From an uncultured Candidatus Saccharibacteria bacterium (GTDB taxonomy: Bacteria > Patescibacteriota > Saccharimonadia > Saccharimonadales > CAZLTB01), in NCBI GenBank assembly GCA_964562505.1, contig CAZLTB010000001.1, positions 2,024-66,023 on the forward strand: DNA of 64,000 nt. The letters run 5' to 3'. The notes beneath the pieces were generated by a model that was not told where the DNA came from, ran no database searches, and was given only the letters and a program-made list of their open reading frames with translations. The first letter of the stretch is position 1; the number at the start of each line of letters is the position of its first letter. Both the position numbers and the translations under genes were made by a program. Shown here in pieces: positions 30,330 to 38,491 of the stretch.

Positions 30330-31421
30330 ATGGATGAATTACTTAAACTTGTTACAAAACTCCGGTCAGAGATTTCGAAGGCCATAGATCGTCTTGATAT
30401 CAAGAATCTTGAGTCCCAGCTAGCTAAACTTCAATCTACATCTCACTCAAATGATTTTTGGGCTGACAATATCCACGCCCAAGAGACAATGAAAAATATA
30501 GCTCGGCTCGAAAATCGGATCCAGCCATGGAATGAGATTAGCAAAACCGTCGATGATCTAGTAGAAATGACAAAACTCGGCGACGAGAGTCTTCGTAAAG
30601 ATTTAGAGTTGCAACTTCAAAAGACCCAAGAAGAGTTTGCCAAGCTAAAGACTGAACTGAAATTTAGTGGCAAGTTTGACGAAAATAACTCCATAGTTAA
30701 CATATATGCAGGAGCCGGAGGAACCGATGCTCAAGATTGGACACAAATTTTGTTCAGGATGTATGTCAGGTGGGCTGAGAATCACGGATTGAAAACAAAA
30801 ATTGTAGATGAATCAAGTGGCGATGAAGCTGGAATTAAGAGTGTCACATTTGAAGTTGAGGGCGACTTTGCCTACGGTAAATTAAAAGGCGAGCATGGAG
30901 TGCATCGACTGGTACGTTTAAGCCCATTCAATGCTGATAATTTGCGCCAAACCAGTTTTGCCAAAGTTGAAATTTTACCAGAAATTGATAAGCCAGATTC
31001 AGTAATAATTGATGACAAAGATCTAAAAATTGATGTTTTTCGCAGTGGTGGACACGGTGGGCAGAGCGTTAATACTACCGACTCGGCTGTTCGTGTAACT
31101 CATATTCCCACTGGAATTGTAGTGACTATCCAGAACGAACGCTCACAGCTCCAGAACAAAGAAACCGCTATGACCATTTTGCGTTCCAAGTTGGCCCGGC
31201 TTCAAATGGAGCAACATGCCGAAAAAATTTCCGAGCTTAAAGGTCCTAGTGAACAGGCGGCTTGGGGGAACCAAATTCGTAGCTACGTACTCCATCCATA
31301 CAAGCAAGTTAAGGATCTACGGACGAAATACGAGACTAGTGACATTGACGGTACTCTCAATGGCAATCTAGATCCTTTAATTGATGCCTATTTGGATCTT
31401 AATCTGGGAGAGCATAACTAA
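30330..31421 (+). CDS. prfB: Peptide chain release factor 2, single frame with no programmed +1 frameshift site
   Basis: GGQ motif together with the RF2-specific SPF; the start is taken at MDELLK. Confidence 0.88.
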   Translation: MDELLKLVTKLRSEISKAIDRLDIKNLESQLAKLQSTSHSNDFWADNIHAQETMKNIARLENRIQPWNEISKTVDDLVEMTKLGDESLRKDLELQLQKTQEEFAKLKTELKFSGKFDENNSIVNIYAGAGGTDAQDWTQILFRMYVRWAENHGLKTKIVDESSGDEAGIKSVTFEVEGDFAYGKLKGEHGVHRLVRLSPFNADNLRQTSFAKVEILPEIDKPDSVIIDDKDLKIDVFRSGGHGGQSVNTTDSAVRVTHIPTGIVVTIQNERSQLQNKETAMTILRSKLARLQMEQHAEKISELKGPSEQAAWGNQIRSYVLHPYKQVKDLRTKYETSDIDGTLNGNLDPLIDAYLDLNLGEHN

Positions 31422-31440
31422 TTTGCTATAATAAGCAGAC

Positions 31441-32136
31441 ATGATCCTATTGGATAGGGTAACAAAAGTATATAACCGTAGCGCCACAGCATTAGACCGA
31501 GTGTCATTGCATGTCGAGCCTAAGGAATTCGTGATAATTATCGGTACCAGTGGTGCTGGTAAGAGCACGCTACTAAAGCTATTGACGCGTGAAGAGCGAC
31601 AAACCAGCGGCAAAATAGTCGTTGGAGGCCTTGATTACGACAAATTGAAAGACAAAGACATTCCTTTGCTGCGCCGCAAAATTGGTGTAGTTTTCCAGGA
31701 TTTTAAGCTATTGCCTAATAGAAACGTGTTTGAGAACGTGGCCTTTGCATTGGAAATAGTTGGCTATGGCAATCGCGAAATAAACCATACTATTCCACGA
31801 GTGCTAGATATTGTTGGGCTCAAAGGTAAGGAAAAGCGAATGCCACTTGAACTATCGGGCGGTGAACGTCAGCGAGTCGCAATTGCTCGGGCAATTGTGC
31901 GTCAACCGAAGATATTGATTGCAGATGAACCAACGGGTAACCTGGATCCTAAACACGCCTGGGAAGTAATTAAAATTCTCGAAAAAATTAACCGCTACGG
32001 AACAACAGTATTACTAACCACTCACAATCAAGATATTGTAAATAAGCTAAAAAGGCGTGTCATAACCCTAAAAGACGGACGAGTCGTTAGTGACAGGGCC
32101 AATGCAGAATATAATCATGAAGGGTTAAAGCGTTGA
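31441..32136 (+). CDS. ftsE: Cell-division ABC ATPase FtsE
   Basis: Walker A motif GTSGAGKST and ABC signature LSGGERQR. Confidence 0.88.
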   Translation: MILLDRVTKVYNRSATALDRVSLHVEPKEFVIIIGTSGAGKSTLLKLLTREERQTSGKIVVGGLDYDKLKDKDIPLLRRKIGVVFQDFKLLPNRNVFENVAFALEIVGYGNREINHTIPRVLDIVGLKGKEKRMPLELSGGERQRVAIARAIVRQPKILIADEPTGNLDPKHAWEVIKILEKINRYGTTVLLTTHNQDIVNKLKRRVITLKDGRVVSDRANAEYNHEGLKR

Positions 32137-33077
32137 GTCACTGGTTTCACACACAGGGACGGATCATACGTGCAGGACTACAGAACTTTGTACGTAACGC
32201 CACTCTTGCCATTGCAGCCATGGCCGTTATGGTCATTACTCTAACGATTGTGCTATTTTCAATCATTGCTAATGCCACTTTTGCAAATACTATCAAACAA
32301 ATAACCGACAAAATTGATGTATCTGTTTATCTGAAGGATGAAGTCACTACAGCGCAAAAAGATAAGTTAATAAACGACATCAAAAAAATCGATAACGTGA
32401 GGGAAGTAAACTACTTATCTAAAGATCAGGCTCTAGAAAAATACAAACAACAAAATCAAGGTAATCTTGACCTTTTGTTAGCTATTTCTCAAACAGACAA
32501 TCCTCTGCCAGCTTCACTTCAAATAAAGCCCAAAGACACCAATAAAATCCAAGAGATTAAAAACTATCTGGAAAAGTCTGAAGTAAAGGCTTTGCAATCT
32601 GACCAGCCCTCCTATTCGGGAGATCGTAAAGAGGCTATTGATAAGATTGCTAAGGCGACCAAATTTTTCAGGGAAGCTGGAGTGGCTGGCGTCATTGTCT
32701 TTGCTGCCGTATCAATGTTAATTATATTTAATACAATTCGCATGGCGATTTTTAACCGTCGTGATGAGCTGACAATAATGCGCCTGCTTGGCGCAAGTAC
32801 TTGGTTTATTAGGGGCCCCTTTGTAGTCGAAACTGTGCTCTATGGGGTCGTATCAGCAATTATTTCAGTTACCTTAGTCAATATATTGTTTTCGGTTTCA
32901 GCAGCTGCATTTGATGCCAGCAGCTTAGGATTACTTGATATAAAGTACGCCAACGACTATCTTGGAAACCACTTTTGGTTAATTTTGCTGACACAGCTGT
33001 TAATTGGTATACTTATTGGTGCCGTTTCGTCCGTAGTTGCCACACGGCGGTATCTCAAATTCAAGACTAGCAAATAA
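32133..33077 (+). CDS. ftsX: Cell-division ABC permease-like FtsX
   Basis: ATGA-coupled to ftsE, with a large periplasmic loop and 4 TM helices. Confidence 0.85.
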   Translation: MSHWFHTQGRIIRAGLQNFVRNATLAIAAMAVMVITLTIVLFSIIANATFANTIKQITDKIDVSVYLKDEVTTAQKDKLINDIKKIDNVREVNYLSKDQALEKYKQQNQGNLDLLLAISQTDNPLPASLQIKPKDTNKIQEIKNYLEKSEVKALQSDQPSYSGDRKEAIDKIAKATKFFREAGVAGVIVFAAVSMLIIFNTIRMAIFNRRDELTIMRLLGASTWFIRGPFVVETVLYGVVSAIISVTLVNILFSVSAAAFDASSLGLLDIKYANDYLGNHFWLILLTQLLIGILIGAVSSVVATRRYLKFKTSK

Positions 33078-33261
33078 ACATTTATCCATAATCAAAAGGA
33101 GGGGATTTTGGGCTTATTTAGGTAAGCTCGTTTTTTGACCTTACAGACGGCTAGCACACAAGATAAATGCTTTAGCCACAGCAATGAATAGTAAACTTAA
33201 GCGGATTGCAAAGACTTGCAGAGTATGTTATGATTCTAGGGACTTATAAGGTCAAACAAAA

Positions 33262-34374
33262 ATGAAATCAAAAAAAATCAGTCTGAAGGTGCTTCTACCT
33301 GTATTGGCTCTGGTCGTAGTTATGACCGGCGGCCTTATATTGACGCCACTGGCGAGGGCTGACCAATACGATGAACAGATAAGAGCGATTAATAATGATA
33401 CAAGTGTCAAAAGAGGCGCCAAAGCACAACTTGGTGCAGAGGCTGCTTCTCTCACTGACGTTATCAACAAATTGCAAGCCCAGATTAATGATCTGCAGGC
33501 TAAAATAAATGACAACCAAGCTAAAAACGTTGAGTTACAAAAACAAATAACTGCAGCAGAGGAAGAATTAGCTAGACAGAAGAAATTATTGGGTGAAGAC
33601 ATCAAGGCTATGTACCTCGAAGGGCAAATCAGCACCCTTGAAATGCTGGCGTCAAGCAAGGACCTGAGCGATTTTGTTGATAAACAACAGTACCGTAACA
33701 GTGTCAAAGATAAGATCAAAGCAGCATTAGATAGAGTCACAGCCTTAAAAGCTCAGCTAAAACAACAGAAAGAAACGCTAGAGAAATTGATTGCCGACCA
33801 ACAGGCTATGCAGCAGCAAATTGCTGCTCAACAGGGGGAACAGAACCGCTTACTCGGGCTTAATGAGGCTCAGCAAAACGACCTGAATAATCAGATTAAA
33901 GCCAATAATTCTCAAGTATCAGCACTGCGTAGACAACAGGCTATTGAAAATGCCAGCTTGTTCGGCGGCAATGTTCCTAGGGGCATACCTGGCGGTGGCG
34001 GCTATCCCGGTGCATGGGCGTTCGCCCCAATGGATTCGATTGTTGACAGCTGGGGAATGTATAACCGCGAATGTGTTAGTTTCACGGCTTGGAAGGTATG
34101 GGACTCAGGGCGCTACATGCCTTACTGGGGTGGTGTAGGCAACGCCAATCAATGGGACGAAGATGCGCGTGCAGCTGGTATTCCGGTAGATGGGAATCCG
34201 CGTGAAGGCGATGTGGCTATTAGTAATCGTGGCGCCTATGGCCATGCTATGTACGTGGAACATGTTTACGGTGACGGCACTATTTATATAAGCCAATATA
34301 ATGCTGCCCTTGATGGTTACTACAGTGAAGCCAGGATCAACATCGGTAGTCTCGTCTTCATTCATTTTCCATAG
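33262..34374 (+). CDS. Secreted coiled-coil plus CHAP-domain peptidoglycan hydrolase with PcsB-like architecture
   Basis: A signal peptide, about 200 aa of Q/A/L-rich coiled coil, a Gly-rich linker and a CHAP domain with Cys (RECVSF) and His (GHAMYVEHV). Confidence 0.75.
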   Translation: MKSKKISLKVLLPVLALVVVMTGGLILTPLARADQYDEQIRAINNDTSVKRGAKAQLGAEAASLTDVINKLQAQINDLQAKINDNQAKNVELQKQITAAEEELARQKKLLGEDIKAMYLEGQISTLEMLASSKDLSDFVDKQQYRNSVKDKIKAALDRVTALKAQLKQQKETLEKLIADQQAMQQQIAAQQGEQNRLLGLNEAQQNDLNNQIKANNSQVSALRRQQAIENASLFGGNVPRGIPGGGGYPGAWAFAPMDSIVDSWGMYNRECVSFTAWKVWDSGRYMPYWGGVGNANQWDEDARAAGIPVDGNPREGDVAISNRGAYGHAMYVEHVYGDGTIYISQYNAALDGYYSEARINIGSLVFIHFP

Positions 34375-34445
34375 TCACTAGTCTTATATAAGAACTCGGG
34401 GCGGATTAGTTTATAATGAATTAGTCTGAAAAAGTTGTCAGGTAA

Positions 34446-35687
34446 TTGGAGGTACTGGTGGAAATACCGAAAGAGGCTGTTCCCGAAAAACGCAAACTGA
34501 ATATCAAGAGAGTTATCGCCGGAATAATTGTAGGCGTTTTTATATTTTGGCTCGGAGTTGGAGTTGGCAACGGCAGAATTATGCTTGGACCCGACGCTGT
34601 TTTTCATAGAAGCGTACAAAAGGGAAAATTGCCAGCAAATCTTGACTATAGCAGTGTAGAAAAAGTATACGACGCTCTAAAAAAAGACTACGATGGCCAA
34701 CTTGACGTAAATAAACTACTCGATGGTCTTAAGCAGGGTCTAGCCAATGCCTCGGGCGATAACTACACAGAATACTTAAATGCTGATGCCGCTAAACAAT
34801 TCAATAGCGAACTTAACGGTACCTTTAGTGGTATAGGTGCCGAACTCAGCAAGGATCAGTCAAATAATATAGTAATAGTGGCTCCTATTGCTGGTTATCC
34901 GGCGGAGAAAGCAGGACTAAAGCCCAAAGACATTATTGTTGAAGTTAATGGAGCAAGTATCTCTGACCTTACGGTTACCGAAGTCGTCAATAAAATACGT
35001 GGACCTGAAGGTACAAAGGTCAAATTAAAAGTAATTCGTAATAACTCCCAGCAGCTGGAGTTTGAAATTACGCGCCAGCAGATTACCGTTCCAAGCGTAG
35101 ATTCTCAGATCTTAAATGGTAACATCGGCTATATCAAGATAAGTCGGTTTGCTGATGATACTTCTAGCTTAGCCCAACAAGCGGCAATAAAGTTTAAACA
35201 AGCCAATGTTAAAGGAGTAATTTTAGACCTCAGAAGTGATCCGGGAGGCCTACTGGATGCTGCGGTGGATGTCTCTAGCTTGTGGTTACCTAAGGGTAAA
35301 ACTGTCTTGCAGGAGCGACGTGGCGGAACTACGATTCGCACCTATACTTCAAGTGGCTTAGCTACACTCCAAAATATACCAACTGTTGCGCTTATTAACG
35401 AAGGTAGCGCCAGTGCCAGTGAAATTACTGCCGGAGCTCTTAAAGATAACGGTGCGGCCACTTTAATAGGAGTAAAAAGCTTTGGTAAGGGTTCGGTTCA
35501 GCAGCTGGAAAAATTGCCGGACGGCGGTGTGCTTAAGGTGACCATAGCTCGCTGGTTTACGCCTGGTGGCAAAAATATAGATAAAGAAGGCATATCTCCT
35601 GACCAAGAAGTCAAGCGTAGTGACGATGACTTCAAGAATAACCGCGATCCACAAAAAGATAAGGCCATTGAGCAGCTAAAGAACTAG
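34446..35687 (+). CDS. ctpA: Carboxy-terminal processing (S41) protease with a PDZ domain
   Basis: S41 Ser/Lys dyad region (GSASASE...K); the alternative GTG start at 34458 has a better RBS. Confidence 0.8.
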   Translation: MEVLVEIPKEAVPEKRKLNIKRVIAGIIVGVFIFWLGVGVGNGRIMLGPDAVFHRSVQKGKLPANLDYSSVEKVYDALKKDYDGQLDVNKLLDGLKQGLANASGDNYTEYLNADAAKQFNSELNGTFSGIGAELSKDQSNNIVIVAPIAGYPAEKAGLKPKDIIVEVNGASISDLTVTEVVNKIRGPEGTKVKLKVIRNNSQQLEFEITRQQITVPSVDSQILNGNIGYIKISRFADDTSSLAQQAAIKFKQANVKGVILDLRSDPGGLLDAAVDVSSLWLPKGKTVLQERRGGTTIRTYTSSGLATLQNIPTVALINEGSASASEITAGALKDNGAATLIGVKSFGKGSVQQLEKLPDGGVLKVTIARWFTPGGKNIDKEGISPDQEVKRSDDDFKNNRDPQKDKAIEQLKN

Positions 35688-35697
35688 AGTTTGGGCA

Positions 35698-35736
35698 TTG
35701 ACTTTTTAACAAATTTAGCATATAATATGCTAAATT
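35698..35736 (+). promoter_or_regulatory. Consensus sigma70 promoter (TTGACT-17-TATAAT) with a 25-bp perfect palindrome centred on the -10 box
   Basis: AATTTAGCA-TATAATA-TGCTAAATT lies at 35712-35736; the -35 element is at 35698-35703 and the -10 at 35721-35726. Confidence 0.6.
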
Positions 35737-35775
35737 ATGTCAGATTCTCATGATAAGCATTAATCAAGTTCATCT

Positions 35776-36291
35776 GTGGCTGGTTTTCAGCACGAATCCC
35801 CGGAGTTAACCGGGGAGCTCAACGAACTCGAGACCTATGTCCAAGAGGCCCTCGCCTTTGGAAGGGAACAAGCTAAGGATTTGTATGTCCTGTTTGCGAC
35901 AATAATGCCTGAAGTTAAAGACAAATTAGCAAGATTTCACGAAACCGGCGAAGACCAATTATTAACTGTTACCGATGTGTCATCTGGCCTGTCGCCAATG
36001 GACGCTAAACTTTTAGATAAAATCTATAAAGAAGCTGGTTGTGAATTGGTTGACTTTACGACTAGCGAGGAACAAGAAGTCCCTCAAATGCCATTATCTA
36101 AAGATATACAACAAAATCTAGGATTTGTTGAACCCTATATTGCTGGCCGTGTCTGCGATGGACCTATGAAGAGGGGTGGTGCGCTATATAGAATTGACTA
36201 CCAGGGAACTGAACACGATGAAGATGGTACAGAAAGGCAAGTTAGAAAAGTTGTGTTACTGACCTCTAACTACGAACTTCCTCCTCAATAA
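35776..36291 (+). CDS. Acidic hypothetical protein
   Basis: 171 aa with a GTG start and no recognisable motif. Confidence 0.5.
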   Translation: MAGFQHESPELTGELNELETYVQEALAFGREQAKDLYVLFATIMPEVKDKLARFHETGEDQLLTVTDVSSGLSPMDAKLLDKIYKEAGCELVDFTTSEEQEVPQMPLSKDIQQNLGFVEPYIAGRVCDGPMKRGGALYRIDYQGTEHDEDGTERQVRKVVLLTSNYELPPQ

Positions 36292-36370
36292 GATAAATAC
36301 ATAAATTAATTTTTTTCACTTGGTATTTGTGGTAGTATCAACTGAGTAATAAGGCTGGAGCGTGTGAGGA

Positions 36371-37984
36371 GTGGCAAAACGACCGACTAAGTTTGTATTT
36401 GTTACTGGTGGTGTGCTTTCTGGACTAGGAAAGGGTATCACAGCCGCTTCAATCGGCAACATCTTAAAAGCTCGTGGCCTAAAAGTAAACATCCAAAAAT
36501 GCGACCCTTATTTGAACGTTGATGCCGGTACTCTTAATCCAAGGGAACATGGCGAATGTTTTGTCACCAAAGATGGGGCTGAAACAGACCTAGACCTCGG
36601 TCATTACGAAAGATTTTTGGACGAAGAGCTTACTCAAGCCAGCTCATTGATGGCCGGTAGAGTGCTCCTTAAGGTCATTCAGGACGAAAGGGCTGGTAAA
36701 TATTCAGGCGAAGATGTTCAGATCATTCCTCATCTGACTGCTGCCATTCAGGACTATATTAATACGGCCGGGGAAGGCTTCGATGTTCATATTGTTGAAA
36801 TCGGCGGTACAGTTGGTGACTACGAATCCTTAAGTTTTATTGAGGCCATTAGGGAATTTGGTCTAAGGGTTGGAAAAGAAAATTGTCTGTATGTCCATGT
36901 CGTTTATATGCCATATCTGGGCGCCAGCCAGGAGTTTAAGACTAAGCCTGCGCAGAATTCAGTTAGGGAATTAAGGGGTCTTGGCGTATCGCCGGATATA
37001 CTTGTTGCTCGTAGTGAAAAGCCTGCACCCAATAACGTAAAGGGTAAGCTTAGTCTCTTTTGCGGGGTTAGCACAGAAGCAATTGCGTTATTACCAAATG
37101 CATCAAGTATTTATGAAGTACCGTTGACGCTCGAAGATACTGGAATCGCCGATGTTATTGCAGGACAACTACACCTAAAAGTTTCTAAACCGGACTTGAA
37201 GGACTGGAGAAGTGTAGTAAAGCAGGCGACATCACCTCACAAACATAATATTACGGTAGGTGTGGTTGCTAAGTATTTGGACAATCAAGATACGTATATG
37301 AGTGTGTTTGAGGCGTTACGTTCAGCAGCCTGGTGGAACGACGCAAATATAGCAATTCGCTGGATAGAAGCCGAAGGTCTTGAAAGCAAGGACTCTAAAA
37401 TATCTAAAGAACTCGAAGACTGTGATGGCATAGTTGTACCGGGCGGCTTCGGAACGCGTGGATTAGAAGGTAAAATCGCAGCAGCCCGATTTGCATTAGC
37501 CAATGATCTGCCCTATCTAGGTTTATGTCTAGGTCTTCAGATGGGAGTAATTGCCGCGGCCAGAAATGCTGGGCTTAGTAAGGCCACATCGGGAGAACTG
37601 GATCCCGACAGTTCATATAAAGTGATCGATACAATGGCCGATCAGCGCGGTAAGGAAAATACCGGTGGTACAATGCGACTAGGTGACTACGACTGTAAGT
37701 TACAAAAAGGGAGTTTAGCGGCTCAGCTCTATAAAAGTACCAATATTGTGGAGCGGCACCGTCACCGTTATGAGTGTAGTAATGCATATAGAGAACAATA
37801 TGAGGCATGGGGTATCAGGCCAGTTGGTATAAATCCAGAGAATGATTTAGTCGAAATCATCGAAGGCATCAACCATCCATTTTTCTTAGCAAGTCAATTT
37901 CACCCAGAGTTTAAATCGAGGCCCAACCGGGCACACCCCATGTTTGCCGGTTTCGTAAAAGCTTGCTTGAAAAAAAATACTTAA
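36371..37984 (+). CDS. pyrG: CTP synthase
   Basis: Typical N-terminus (FVTGGVLSGLGKG) and the C-terminal glutamine amidotransferase residues GLCLG and Cys-His. Confidence 0.92.
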   Translation: MAKRPTKFVFVTGGVLSGLGKGITAASIGNILKARGLKVNIQKCDPYLNVDAGTLNPREHGECFVTKDGAETDLDLGHYERFLDEELTQASSLMAGRVLLKVIQDERAGKYSGEDVQIIPHLTAAIQDYINTAGEGFDVHIVEIGGTVGDYESLSFIEAIREFGLRVGKENCLYVHVVYMPYLGASQEFKTKPAQNSVRELRGLGVSPDILVARSEKPAPNNVKGKLSLFCGVSTEAIALLPNASSIYEVPLTLEDTGIADVIAGQLHLKVSKPDLKDWRSVVKQATSPHKHNITVGVVAKYLDNQDTYMSVFEALRSAAWWNDANIAIRWIEAEGLESKDSKISKELEDCDGIVVPGGFGTRGLEGKIAAARFALANDLPYLGLCLGLQMGVIAAARNAGLSKATSGELDPDSSYKVIDTMADQRGKENTGGTMRLGDYDCKLQKGSLAAQLYKSTNIVERHRHRYECSNAYREQYEAWGIRPVGINPENDLVEIIEGINHPFFLASQFHPEFKSRPNRAHPMFAGFVKACLKKNT

Positions 37985-37993
37985 AAAGGTAGC

Positions 37994-38425
37994 ATGAGCT
38001 TTATGGATCCCCAGAATCAAACCCCGCAGCCTCAAGCACCACAGCCCGGCAATCATCCTAAGAAAATACTTTTAGTTGAAGACGACGATGCTCTGGCCAG
38101 TGTCTATAAAACTCGTCTGGAAGCTGAAGGTTTTAATACCAAAAGGGTGCCAAACGGAGAAGATGCTTTAGCGGCGGCCATTGAATATAAGCCCGATTTG
38201 ATACTACTGGACGTTATGATGCCCAAAGTTAGTGGCTTTGACGTGCTTGATATTTTGCGCAATACTCCTGAAACTACCAATGTAAAAGTGATTATGCTAA
38301 CGGCCCTGAGCCAGGATGCTGACAAACAGCGTGCGACTAGTTTAGGTGTCGATGATTATCTGGTTAAATCCCAGGTTGTTATTGCCGATGTAGTCGACCA
38401 CATCAAACAACACCTAGGCATCTAA
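37994..38425 (+). CDS. Stand-alone CheY-like receiver domain protein
   Basis: A canonical receiver domain (VEDDD, LLDVMMP, T, K) preceded by a P/Q-rich tail and lacking any output domain. Confidence 0.8.
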   Translation: MSFMDPQNQTPQPQAPQPGNHPKKILLVEDDDALASVYKTRLEAEGFNTKRVPNGEDALAAAIEYKPDLILLDVMMPKVSGFDVLDILRNTPETTNVKVIMLTALSQDADKQRATSLGVDDYLVKSQVVIADVVDHIKQHLGI

Positions 38426-38435
38426 CCATAATAGA

Positions 38436-38464
38436 TTGACATATTAGCAAATTTATGCTAATAT
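38436..38464 (+). promoter_or_regulatory. Consensus-like sigma70 promoter (TTGACA-17-TAATAT) carrying a 24-bp palindrome
   Basis: ATATTAGCA-AATTTA-TGCTAATAT lies at 38441-38464. Confidence 0.55.
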
Positions 38465-38491
38465 TAAGGTGTTAAGTAAAAACACCCAATA

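Noticed and set aside
33107-33135. Strong SD (AAGGAGG) followed by a 5-codon TTG mini-ORF after ftsX
   Set aside because: The SD-to-start spacing is only 4 nt and the start is TTG. It may be a fortuitous purine run, so it was not called as a leader peptide.
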